DNA of 64,000 bases from an uncultured delta proteobacterium (GCA_963789395.1 CAWBKP010000010.1:64001-128000), one strand, 5' to 3'. Shown: positions 30,980-44,225, counted from the stretch's first letter. Numbers and translations are program-made. Notes: generated by a model not told the origin, from the sequence alone.

Positions 30980-31992
30980 GGTTTCATCCACAAAATAGAG
31001 GGTTCAACGGCGCCGACACGTTTTGTGCCCGTCAGAATCATGGCCTGGGTCAGCTCCGAGCGGATCTGGTCAATAAAACGCATGGCCCCTTCTTTTAGCC
31101 CGCCCATAACGGCAACGGAAAAAGGACGGCCGATCATCACGGCATCGGCGCCAAGGGCCAGCATCTTGAGCACATCTCCGCCGGTCCGCACGCCGCCGTC
31201 TGCCAGAACCACAATCTGCCCCTTTACCGCCGATGCGACTTCTGAAAGGATGCGGGCAACACCCGGGGTGTGATCCAGAACCCTGCCGCCGTGGTTGGAT
31301 ACCACGATGGCGCTTGCTCCCACATCCACGGCGATTCTGGCCTGATCCGGGGTCATGATGCCTTTCAATATAAATTTCATTGGCGTCCTGGATATTATTT
31401 CCTTCAGTTTTTCCGGTGTTTTGGGTGATACCGGCCTTCCCATCAGCTTCAGGGTGATCAGGCCGGCGGCATCGATATCCATACCGACCACGGTCGCACC
31501 TGCGGCCGCAGCAACGTCCAGCTTGCCGAACAATTCTCTGTCTTCCCAGGGTTTGATAAAGGGAATACCATGCCCCTGAAGAGAACGAATGGCCTGAAAC
31601 CCGGCTTCATGAATGAAATCCGGAGCACCGTCACCCGTACAGCCGATGATGCCTTTTTCCCGGCACCCTTCCAGCTTTGCCGCAATATAGTCCTCTTCGG
31701 AGATCTTTCCCCCCATGTTAAAGGAAACCCCGCCTATGGGAGCTGCCAGAACCGGTATCTCCAGAGGGATCCCCAGTATCTCGGTCCGGGTATCGGGTTC
31801 CGCCGCATCGTGGATTACCCGCATGTTAAACCGGAATTCGCCAAGCGCCTGAATATTGTCCCGGAACGCAGCGCCGGTTCCAATGCCTCCCATGCCCGGC
31901 ACCTCGCCGGCACAGGCTCTGCCGTCACAGACCGGACAGACCTTGCAAAATCCTTCCATCATTTTTCTGGCCTGATTTCGGATTTCCTTCAT
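30976..31992 (-). CDS. FMN-dependent alpha-hydroxy-acid dehydrogenase with an N-terminal Cys cluster
   Basis: CKVCPVCDGRAC, LKGIM, SNHGGR, DGGVRTG and IGRP motifs. Confidence 0.9.
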   Translation of the reverse strand: MKEIRNQARKMMEGFCKVCPVCDGRACAGEVPGMGGIGTGAAFRDNIQALGEFRFNMRVIHDAAEPDTRTEILGIPLEIPVLAAPIGGVSFNMGGKISEEDYIAAKLEGCREKGIIGCTGDGAPDFIHEAGFQAIRSLQGHGIPFIKPWEDRELFGKLDVAAAAGATVVGMDIDAAGLITLKLMGRPVSPKTPEKLKEIISRTPMKFILKGIMTPDQARIAVDVGASAIVVSNHGGRVLDHTPGVARILSEVASAVKGQIVVLADGGVRTGGDVLKMLALGADAVMIGRPFSVAVMGGLKEGAMRFIDQIRSELTQAMILTGTKRVGAVEPSILWMKP

Positions 31993-32165
31993 ATTCTCTT
32001 TTCCTTTACAGCTTGAACACTTTCCCCAGCCTGTGATACATTGAAGTTACAAACGATCCTATTTCATGAATAAAAATCCAGACTTTAGACACGGGATTTT
32101 GGATCGTTTTTTGCATATTTATAATTATAGGCTATTGTCTTTTTCTCCATCAACAGGACAACACC

Positions 32166-33020
32166 ATGACGAAAAGTCATACTATGGCATCTTTGTTCAG
32201 AGAAAACAAGACTCTGTTCATTCTCATTGCCGTGGGTATTTTCTTAATCGAGCTTGAAATATTTGCCGTTGCCGCCATTAATTCCGGCAGAAAATCCTGG
32301 CTTGAAATCAAGGATCAGCGGGGCAACATCATTCATGTGTCGGAAGGCAATAACCTGAGCAGCTTCAATAAATATTATTTTGAAAAAACATTCGGGCCGC
32401 TGGAACAGTATCAGGTGAACTGGGTCTCTAAAGAGGAGCCATTTCCCTTTCGGGCCTGGTTTGCAGCAGCCATCGGTATCCCGGTTGGCGCCATTCTGCT
32501 CTTCGGGTTTATCACGCGCGCGTTTGCCGCCCTGATTTATGGTGACAAGATCGCCGGCAGCATCACTGAAGAAGGCCCCAAACCCGTTGCCCAAAACCGA
32601 CTGGAAACGCTGATGTCAAGCATCAGCCGCCTGAACATATTCGCCATTGGATTTCTGGTGCTGCTGGCCATGTTTACCTACTGGGTCGTGCCCAATCTTA
32701 TCCTGTATATCGGCCAGGTGGGAATGGATACCATCATGCGCTATAAATGGTTTTTTCTGGCACTTGCCCTGATTCTTCTGGGAATTGTGGTATGGATCAT
32801 CTATTTGCGCTATCTTCTGGCCAAAAAGGCCATAGACAGCCAGACCGAAGTTGAAAAATTCAGGCTTCAACTGGCGGCCGGCAACAGCCAGCCCCTGCAA
32901 CTGGCATATTCGGAATTCGCGAAACTGACGGATGGCCCCGCGGTTGCTTCAGGGCGATCTGAAATATCCGACCAAGTTGCCCAGAAAATCGCAGAACCGG
33001 AAAAGACGCATCCCGTTTAA
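32166..33020 (+). CDS. hypothetical integral membrane protein (about 4 TM segments)
   Basis: 284-aa ORF with an RBS and four hydrophobic stretches. Confidence 0.8.
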   Translation: MTKSHTMASLFRENKTLFILIAVGIFLIELEIFAVAAINSGRKSWLEIKDQRGNIIHVSEGNNLSSFNKYYFEKTFGPLEQYQVNWVSKEEPFPFRAWFAAAIGIPVGAILLFGFITRAFAALIYGDKIAGSITEEGPKPVAQNRLETLMSSISRLNIFAIGFLVLLAMFTYWVVPNLILYIGQVGMDTIMRYKWFFLALALILLGIVVWIIYLRYLLAKKAIDSQTEVEKFRLQLAAGNSQPLQLAYSEFAKLTDGPAVASGRSEISDQVAQKIAEPEKTHPV

Positions 33021-33060
33021 GATATGACATTCCTGACTTTTTTATTTCAAGGAAATGTAA

Positions 33061-34359
33061 ATGCAGATTGTAACCACCCATAAAAATACCGATTTTGACG
33101 CACTGGCTTCCATGATAGCCGCAACCCTTCTCTTTCCGGAATCGGTTCCGGTCATTCCCAAATCCGTCAACCCCAATGTCAAGTCGTTCATTTCCATTCA
33201 CAAAGACATTTTAAATCTTCGCGAACCCGATGATGTTCCAATCGATGACGTAACGAGCATCATCATCGTTGACGTCAATACCTGGAACCGGATCGAGCGG
33301 TTCAACAAAATCAGCCAGAAAGAAGGCATTGAAATCATCCTTTGGGATCACCATGCCATTGAAGGCGACATTCAGCCAACCTGGAAATGCCAGGAAGAAA
33401 TGGGCGCCAACATCACGCTGATGATCCGGGAATTCCGGAAACGGCATATCAGCCTGACCCCGATTCAGGCCACGCTGTTTTTAACCGGTCTTTATGAAGA
33501 TACCGGAAATCTCATGTTTCCCTCCAGCAGGGCCGAAGATGCGTTTGCCGCCGGTTTTCTTCTGGAACAGAAAGCGGACCTGAACGTTCTGGGATCATTT
33601 CTGCGGCCGGCCTACGGGGAACGGCAGAAAAACATCCTCTTTGAAATGCTCCAGAACGCCGAAAGACTTCGGTTCAACGGCTACAGCGTCAGCGTCAACA
33701 AACTCGATATCCAGGGGCATGTGGACAGTCTGGCGGTTGTGGTGCGGATGTACCGGGAAATCCTGAACGTGGACGCCGCCTTCGGCATATTTTCGGACAG
33801 AGAGCGGGAACGCTGCATCGTCATTGGCCGAAGCAATGTGGACGGGTTGAACATGGGGATGATCATGAACAGCATGGGCGGTGGCGGCCACCCCGGAGCA
33901 GGTTCGGCCATGCTGAAATCCGTCAATCCAGAGGCGGTTGAAGCCATGATACTGGAGCTGATTCAGGGCAACCAGCAGGTTTCTGTTCAGATCAGCGACC
34001 TGATGTCCTTTCCGGTGGTGACCCTGTCGTCCGACACCACCATGGATCAGGCTGCGCATATTCTGCGGGAAAAAGGCTGCAGCGGCATTCCGATCGTGGA
34101 TGACGGGAAACTGGTCGGCATGATTTCCCGAAGGGATTTTCGAAAAGTCAAGGGGGCAAGCCGGCTGAAATCACCGGTTAAAGCCTTTATGAGTACAAAT
34201 GTGCTCACAATTGAGCCGGGCAAAAGCCCGATGCAGGCAGCCCGACTCATGGTCAAACACGATGTGGGAAGGCTTCCGGTGGTTGAAAACGGAACCATTA
34301 TCGGCATCATCACCCGGTCCGACACCATGCTCTATTTCTACGACATGCTGCCGGATTAA
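33061..34359 (+). CDS. DHH/DHHA1 phosphoesterase with a C-terminal CBS pair
   Basis: HKNTDFD, IVDV, WDHH, EDTG and GGGGHPGA motifs, then two CBS domains. Confidence 0.9.
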   Translation: MQIVTTHKNTDFDALASMIAATLLFPESVPVIPKSVNPNVKSFISIHKDILNLREPDDVPIDDVTSIIIVDVNTWNRIERFNKISQKEGIEIILWDHHAIEGDIQPTWKCQEEMGANITLMIREFRKRHISLTPIQATLFLTGLYEDTGNLMFPSSRAEDAFAAGFLLEQKADLNVLGSFLRPAYGERQKNILFEMLQNAERLRFNGYSVSVNKLDIQGHVDSLAVVVRMYREILNVDAAFGIFSDRERERCIVIGRSNVDGLNMGMIMNSMGGGGHPGAGSAMLKSVNPEAVEAMILELIQGNQQVSVQISDLMSFPVVTLSSDTTMDQAAHILREKGCSGIPIVDDGKLVGMISRRDFRKVKGASRLKSPVKAFMSTNVLTIEPGKSPMQAARLMVKHDVGRLPVVENGTIIGIITRSDTMLYFYDMLPD

Positions 34360-34360
34360 T

Positions 34361-35424
34361 CTATGCTTTCAGTGACGCCGCCAGCCGGCGAAGCCCTTCT
34401 TCGGTGGAGACTTCCGGAACATATCCCAGATCCCTTTGAGCGGCGCGGATATCGAACCAGTGGGAGGTAGAAAGCTCCCTTGCGACAAACCGGGTCATCT
34501 GGGGCTCGCCTTTTAAAGCCAGTGCCTTGTAAAACCATTCCAGGACTGCCCCGATACGCATTGCCGCCTGCGGAGACATCGAGCCCTTCACCGGAGAAAG
34601 CCCGCCTGCATGAAGAATATCATCAATCATCTCCCAGAGAAAAACCGGCGTTCCCTGACTGATAAAATACACATTCCCGGATAGTTCCGGCTGTCGGATC
34701 AGGGCCGCTTCGGCAAGAAGGTGGGCTTTGGCCGCGTTATCTATATAAATTACATCCACCCGGTTTTTGCCGTCCCCGACTCGCCGGAGGCGTTTTGCCC
34801 GCTTGAGGATTCGCGGAACCAGATGATTGTCTCCCGGCCCCCAGATCAAGTGAGGTCTCAAGGTGACGGTTTTGAGCGCCTCCCCTGCCCCCTGCCATCC
34901 GCCATCCGCCGTCCGCAAACCGCGCCCCCCGCCTGCCGGACAGCCTGCTCGGCCAGTGCTTTGGTTTCCGGATAGGCGGCGTAATAACCGGCGGGATAGG
35001 GAGCGGTTTCATCCGCACCTTCCATATCTCCGCTGTCAAAGACAACGCTGGGCGAACTGGTGTAAATCAGGCGGGAAACCCCGCGGGATTTGCAGGCGGC
35101 AATGACATTAAGGGTTCCTTCCGTATTGATCCGGTAATAGTCCTTGTAATCCCCCCAGACACCGGCTTTGGCCGCCACATGATATACGGTGTCCACGCCT
35201 GTGACGGCATTTTCAACGGCAATCGGATTTGAAATATCACCCTGGATCTGTTTGACCCCCATTGCCGCCAGCTCCGGGTAATACCCCCTTGAAAAACTGA
35301 TGACCCTGTCCCCCCGCTGCAGCAGAAGCCCGACAATGGCCTTTCCCAGAAATCCGCCGCCGCCGGTAACCAGAACGGTCCGGGCTGAATCCCGTGGATT
35401 ATCCATCTCCCTTATTCCTTTCAT
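34361..35424 (-). CDS. NAD-dependent epimerase/3-beta-HSD-family reductase, OleD-like (frameshift near 34928)
   Basis: TGGGGFLG, HVAAKAGVWG, YTSSPSV, YPETK, LRPHLIWGPGDNH and YIDNAA motifs. Confidence 0.85.
34882..34923. repeat. six degenerate heptamer tandem repeats inside the reductase CDS
   Basis: cccctgc cccctgc catccgc catccgc cgtccgc aaaccgc. Confidence 0.8.
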
Positions 35425-35489
35425 GCACAGGCCGCCTCCCTGCAAGCAGCGGGCAAAACGCCCGCTCTCCCATTTTCCCCGTATAACCA

Positions 35490-36491
35490 TTAACCCGGAT
35501 TCAAGACTTTTTCCAGCTTCTGCAGATCCTGTTCCTGTCCCACGGCGATAACGGTGGAACCGGGCTCAAGTCGGGTCTCAAAGGAAGGGTTGAACATCAT
35601 GCTGCCGTCATTCTGTTTAATGGCGATGATGATTAAATTGTATTCCTGACGGATTCCGGAATTATTCAACATGACATTGGCCAGTGCGGATAATGGCCCT
35701 ACAGGAATTTCTTCCATTTTTATATCTTTGCGGTCGTATTTCAAGGCCAGGTCCAGAAAGCTCGTGACTGTCGGCCGGAGGATCCTTTGCGCCATGCTCA
35801 CAGCCCCAACCTCGTAAGGCGATTCAACGGCTGAAGCACCGGCGGCCAGCAGTTTGGATTTTGACTCCTTATAAATGGCCCGTGCCATGATATATAATCG
35901 GGGATTGAGCTGCCTTGCTGTCAAAACCAGAAATACGTTGTCCACATCGCTCCCCAGAACGGCAATCAGGCCTTTGGCTCGCTGGATGCCCGCCTTCAGC
36001 AGGGTCGTCTCTTCTGCCGTATCTCCGAACATGTGCAGCACCTTGTCTTCTTCCATGATCGGAACAAGATCCGGATTTTTTTCAATCACGACTACATCTA
36101 TCGGCTTTTGCCTGAGATTCAGACACAGAACCCGTCCGATTCGCCCATAGCCGCAAACAATATAATGATCTTCCAAACGGTCAATTTTCTTATCCAACCT
36201 GCGTCTCCCCAAGATGATTCGAATCCGGCCTTCAATCATGTATTGCATCAGTATCGCGCCTGTATATCCCAAAAAACCGACTCCCACTAATATCAGGAGT
36301 ATGGTATACATTTGACCGACGGAACTGAGTTGATGGACTTCTCCAAACCCCACGGTGGCAAGGGTGATCACCGTCATGTAGAGGGACTCCGGAAAACTCC
36401 AGCCTTCGATGGCCATGTATCCCCAGGAACCGCAGAGAATGATGGCAAATGTAATGAGAATAGAGATGATCAGTTGTCTGGTGCCGTCCAT
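35490..36491 (-). CDS. potassium channel protein (pore plus TrkA-N/TrkA-C RCK domains)
   Basis: TLATVGFGE selectivity filter, VCGYGRIG and a C-terminal TrkA-C domain. Confidence 0.92.
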   Translation of the reverse strand: MDGTRQLIISILITFAIILCGSWGYMAIEGWSFPESLYMTVITLATVGFGEVHQLSSVGQMYTILLILVGVGFLGYTGAILMQYMIEGRIRIILGRRRLDKKIDRLEDHYIVCGYGRIGRVLCLNLRQKPIDVVVIEKNPDLVPIMEEDKVLHMFGDTAEETTLLKAGIQRAKGLIAVLGSDVDNVFLVLTARQLNPRLYIMARAIYKESKSKLLAAGASAVESPYEVGAVSMAQRILRPTVTSFLDLALKYDRKDIKMEEIPVGPLSALANVMLNNSGIRQEYNLIIIAIKQNDGSMMFNPSFETRLEPGSTVIAVGQEQDLQKLEKVLNPG

Positions 36492-36539
36492 GTCTGGGGA
36501 TATACGACATACGAGACAGTGAATGCAAGAGGATTTCCT

Positions 36540-37916
36540 GTGGAACCCATCTGGATTTATCATGTACTGCACAGCGGGCTTGGAATTGCCGCGCTGCTGA
36601 TTGCGCTGGCCACGTTGACCGTGGTATGGCGTCTTCGCGGGGTGCTTCAGTGGAAGCGGTCATTAAAACAAGAGTTCAAAGAATTGAAAGGTGCGCTCGA
36701 TTCTGCCGGGCCTTGCCGGCAACAGGCGATTCAGATCGTGCTGGATCGCTGCCAGGGAATCTGGAAAGCTGGGTTTCCGGAAATCAATGAAGTTTCCGGG
36801 TTTGCCGGGTATCTGCGGGACATCGCTGCCGCATTTCATCCGGATCAGGAAAAGCCGGAGCTTTGCGTGACCGCCGGAAGCCTGATCCGTGCTTCGCACA
36901 GTGCTATTGAGCGGCTTCAGGACATTCTGGCCAGGCCGGGGTTTTCACGGTTTCAAAAAATACGCATCCGGCATATTCGAACAGCCTGGAACTGGTACGA
37001 CAGAATCAGCAGGTATAGGGTGGTTCAGGCTTATATCCGCTACCGCAGATGGATCAACCACGTCAATGTGCTGAGGCTTATCCTGTTGCCGGACCCTTTC
37101 TCCTGGCTGATCTATCTTTCCAACCAGCTGACGATTCTGTCACTGACCCGTTTCTTTTTAATGGATATTTATCTGTTTGCCGGCAAGCAGGCGATTCTGG
37201 CATATGATCATGAATCCCGGACTGAGGCAATACCCCAGGATGCGGGGGAAATCGAAGCGGATCTATCGGAACTGGCGGAATTGATTGCGCCGGAATCTCA
37301 CCTGAATAATCCGCGAATCCAGGAGATCCGAAATCGCCTGGTAGGCGTCAATAGCCTCATTTTTCCACCTTCCGGATACTTGGAATGGAAAACGGGTTTT
37401 CAAGAAGCGATTCAGGTGATTGCCGGAACGTATTTTCCGGAAAGCCCGGCACCGGTTGACGAAGCCAGACTGGGTGCGATTCTGATCAGGTGCCGATACT
37501 GGCTGCAATCGGTTTCCGACACGGAGAATCTGCCGCTTTTCAGCCGTCTCCACCGCATTGAACTCAGGTACCTGTTCAGCGCCAAAGCAGTAACGGAACA
37601 CCCGCTCTTTCGGCACGCCGGAACTTTCGCAAAAAAATCATGGGACGTATATAAATGGATGCAATGGCCGCTGGTGATATTCCGGCTGATAAAAAAAACA
37701 ACGCCGGCAGGAATGGCCGCCAGCATGGGATGGGTCCTCGTTCGTAAAGGAGCGGTCAATTATCTGAGCCGAAGGGCTTTCGATATGACCATCAGGGAAA
37801 TAGAGACGGTTTATCGCCTGTCCCTGGAACCGGGAGACAGGCGACAGCATACAGAAGAAAATAGCAGGGAGACGGAGGAAGAAAGGGGCCGGAAGCAACT
37901 GCCTTCCGACCCCTGA
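36540..37916 (+). CDS. hypothetical membrane-anchored protein with an internal domain duplication
   Basis: GTG start after AGAGGA, an N-terminal TM segment and two alignable ~200-aa halves. Confidence 0.75.
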   Translation: MEPIWIYHVLHSGLGIAALLIALATLTVVWRLRGVLQWKRSLKQEFKELKGALDSAGPCRQQAIQIVLDRCQGIWKAGFPEINEVSGFAGYLRDIAAAFHPDQEKPELCVTAGSLIRASHSAIERLQDILARPGFSRFQKIRIRHIRTAWNWYDRISRYRVVQAYIRYRRWINHVNVLRLILLPDPFSWLIYLSNQLTILSLTRFFLMDIYLFAGKQAILAYDHESRTEAIPQDAGEIEADLSELAELIAPESHLNNPRIQEIRNRLVGVNSLIFPPSGYLEWKTGFQEAIQVIAGTYFPESPAPVDEARLGAILIRCRYWLQSVSDTENLPLFSRLHRIELRYLFSAKAVTEHPLFRHAGTFAKKSWDVYKWMQWPLVIFRLIKKTTPAGMAASMGWVLVRKGAVNYLSRRAFDMTIREIETVYRLSLEPGDRRQHTEENSRETEEERGRKQLPSDP

Positions 37917-37920
37917 ATAC

Positions 37921-41553
<3,633 letters not shown>

Positions 41554-41562
41554 TCATTAGCC

Positions 41563-42384
41563 TTAAAACTGCTGCACCACCTGCGTTTTCTGAGGTTTTT
41601 TGACAAAAAATCCCAATGGATCAATGACTTCGCGAATCATCTTCAATTCTGTCTCTGTCGGAGGATCAAACGCCGATACTGCATCCATCAGCAGCTCAAA
41701 GCCTGTTGCAGCCTGAACGCTGGCGGCTGTTTCTCCGGGCAGGGTTTGAAGCAGTTTCATCCGGTTCGTATTTTCATCAAACCCTAAAATAGCCTTTGTG
41801 GTAATCACCCGATAAGGCCCTTTTCCAACCAGTCCCGCTTTTATTCTTGCACCGGGGCTTCCGTCCAGATAGCCGGGGCTGGTGATGTAATTCAGTTTTT
41901 TATTGAACCGCCGGAGCTCATGCGGCATGATTAAAATGGTCCGCTCACAGGAAGAAGCCATGTCGCTGGCCCCGCCACTGCCGGGAAGTCTGGTTTTGGG
42001 TTTCATGTAATCCTCCGGAAACTTCCCCATCATGGTGGAATTCAAGTTCCCGAACATATCGATTTCAGCACCGCCGACAAATCCGAAATCGCAAAATCCC
42101 CGCTGAGTCAGTTCAAACGCAGCGTTTAACCCCCTGACGTACGATGCGCCGCTCGATGTGCGGGAGTCTCCAACCGAAAACGGCAGGCCGCTCTCAAGCG
42201 TTGGGCCGACAGCGCCGGCTTCAAACACGGCGATAATGCCCGGTGCATGCGTTTTTTGCGCCAGGAGCGTTGCGATCATCGGAAGGCCCGTACCGACAAA
42301 TACCACTTTGTTGTCTTCCAGCACCCGCGAGCCGGCAATCACTATCATTTCCTGGGGAGTGTAGTCTGTACCGACAATTAACAC
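41563..42384 (-). CDS. family I CoA-transferase beta subunit (glutaconate CoA-transferase GctB-like)
   Basis: FVGTGLP, FEAG (catalytic Glu position), GNLNST and RLPGSGGA motifs. Confidence 0.88.
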   Translation of the reverse strand: MLIVGTDYTPQEMIVIAGSRVLEDNKVVFVGTGLPMIATLLAQKTHAPGIIAVFEAGAVGPTLESGLPFSVGDSRTSSGASYVRGLNAAFELTQRGFCDFGFVGGAEIDMFGNLNSTMMGKFPEDYMKPKTRLPGSGGASDMASSCERTILIMPHELRRFNKKLNYITSPGYLDGSPGARIKAGLVGKGPYRVITTKAILGFDENTNRMKLLQTLPGETAASVQAATGFELLMDAVSAFDPPTETELKMIREVIDPLGFFVKKPQKTQVVQQF

Positions 42385-42393
42385 GTTAATTCC

Positions 42394-43407
42394 TTACAAG
42401 AGTCTTTCAAAATTTCTCAGCTCTGAATGATGTTCTTCCATGATCTTCCGCACCGGAAACATGTCAATAAAACCCCCGAAGTCCTGAACACCGAAAATGT
42501 ATTGTTCATAATAGGCTTTCAACGGTTTGAAATCTTCCCTTGACAGGTGTTTGGCAAGTGCATGAAAGGTTGCAATATGCTCTTTGTTAAAATAGTAATA
42601 TCTGCGGCTGCTGGTCGGATACGCCCCGAAGGGAACCTGGACCACCGCATCCACCGCAAAAAATGGAATGGCGACATCGCGGGGTTTTCGGGTAACCATT
42701 TCATGCGGCACGATCTGCTCGCAGGTGACAATGGTATGGGCCGCTGCCATGGCCATTTCCGGGCATGTGGCTTCTGTTCCCCGAATAATACAGTTGCCGT
42801 ATTGATCCGCTGATTGCACATGAAGGATCGCAACATTCGGGTGACTTGCCGGAACCAGCACAACCGGGGTTCCGGTAAAAGGGCAATCCATTATTTTAGC
42901 CCGGCATTTTTCCAGAATATCGCTTCCCAAAGGCCCGCGCGTTGGAAGAAACGGCAGCCCCATTGCACCGGCCTTGAACCGGGCGGACATGTTGTAGTTG
43001 CTCCAGTCTTCCAGCTCCAGCATTCCGCGCTCGGCAAGATAACGAAAAACCGGAGACAGACCAAAAGATTCATGCGCCCAGTAGGCAAATTCAATGCGCT
43101 TGATAGAAAAATGATCCGGCGCAATCGCCATGGCCCCACCCAGATAATCCATTGCCATACCGCTGGATTGAAAGGAAAACGTCATGTCCTGAAAGCCATG
43201 CCGGATCATTTCATGACAGATGGCAATCGGCTGACGGATATTGACAAATCCCCCAATCGCCACGTTATCCCCATCTTTAATAAAGGTGTCCACCGCCTCT
43301 TTTAAAGTCGTGCGCTTGTCTTTTTTGGATTTATCCTTGTTAACCAGCGCCGCCCTTGCTTCATCCGGCGTCAAACCTGTCCAGAACATAAAAATCCTTT
43401 TATTCAA
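42394..43407 (-). CDS. family I CoA-transferase alpha subunit (GctA-like)
   Basis: EDWSN, AGAMGLPFLP, GSD, CPFTG, HVQSADQYGN and PFGAYP motifs. Confidence 0.88.
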   Translation of the reverse strand: MNKRIFMFWTGLTPDEARAALVNKDKSKKDKRTTLKEAVDTFIKDGDNVAIGGFVNIRQPIAICHEMIRHGFQDMTFSFQSSGMAMDYLGGAMAIAPDHFSIKRIEFAYWAHESFGLSPVFRYLAERGMLELEDWSNYNMSARFKAGAMGLPFLPTRGPLGSDILEKCRAKIMDCPFTGTPVVLVPASHPNVAILHVQSADQYGNCIIRGTEATCPEMAMAAAHTIVTCEQIVPHEMVTRKPRDVAIPFFAVDAVVQVPFGAYPTSSRRYYYFNKEHIATFHALAKHLSREDFKPLKAYYEQYIFGVQDFGGFIDMFPVRKIMEEHHSELRNFERLL

Positions 43408-44035
43408 AAAGCGGCATTTATCACCGTTTTAACCTCCGAATCGATCCTCCATATCCGCCCTTTTTCAATGAAAGAAAGCAAATTGATTCGGACATAGCAT
43501 TATTTTGACGGAACAATGATCGTGGGTCAATAAACAAAAAGTGATATGATCACCAACCGAATTTCAATATTAATAACTTTGTTACTTTAAATATTATCGT
43601 TGACTTTAAAAGCGCCCATATAATTTTACATAATATTGTTTTTATTATATAATATACGTTTACCTATTTTCAATACATCTTGAATTACATAATAATATTC
43701 AATAGACATAACAATATTATCTATTGATATCATTGATATTATAATATTATCCCAAATTGCGATAATAAATAAACGTAACGTTGTTTCATTTTTGATATAT
43801 GAATGAAATTATTCTGTCAAGTGGAAAGAATTTTATTTCCAGATGTAAGCTGATTTGTCAAAAAAATGATGAAACCGTAACAATTTTTGTCGAAGTCTTA
43901 TTGAATACCTGCTTTCAGGAGAGAAATCGGTTCAATCCGCCAGCAATAAATTTTCTCAGGAAAATTAATGTGCGCACAGCCTGATATTTGTCATGCATCG
44001 GGCTGATGATGGAGTGCATTTTATTGAAAGCTTAA

Positions 44036-44051
44036 TGGCGCAATAATTGCA
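44036..44051 (+). promoter_or_regulatory. sigma-54 (-24/-12) promoter
   Basis: TGGCGCAATAATTGCA has GG-N10-GC spacing. The predicted start site, about 44063, is just 5' of the riboswitch. Confidence 0.75.
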
Positions 44052-44078
44052 TCCAGGACTTCAGCTAAATACTATTTT

Positions 44079-44172
44079 TTCGTCTGATAAAGGCAAACCA
44101 TCCAAAAGGGTGGGACGCAAAACTTCTGGCCTAAGTTCCTTTCAGGAATAAGGCAGCAGGGTCACCGGGCGT
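44079..44172 (+). ncRNA. cyclic di-GMP-I (GEMM) riboswitch aptamer
   Basis: GATAAAGGCAAACCATCCAAAAGGGTGGGACGCAAAACTTCTGGCCTAAG..TAAGGCAGCAGGGTCACCG follows the GEMM-I consensus. P1 is CGTCTG pairing with CGGGCG. Confidence 0.92.
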
Positions 44173-44179
44173 GAACAGG

Positions 44180-44222
44180 CACTTTCTTTAATGCCTTTCT
44201 GCCAGGATGCATTAAGGAGGTG
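44180..44222 (+). promoter_or_regulatory. RBS-sequestering hairpin (candidate riboswitch expression platform)
   Basis: CACTTTCTTTAATGC pairs with GCATTAAGGAGGTG, burying AAGGAGG. Confidence 0.7.
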
Positions 44223-44225
44223 TTT

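Noticed and set aside
43430..44030. Replication origin in the AT-rich intergenic region
   Set aside because: No TTATCCACA-type DnaA boxes were seen and there is no dnaA/dnaN context.
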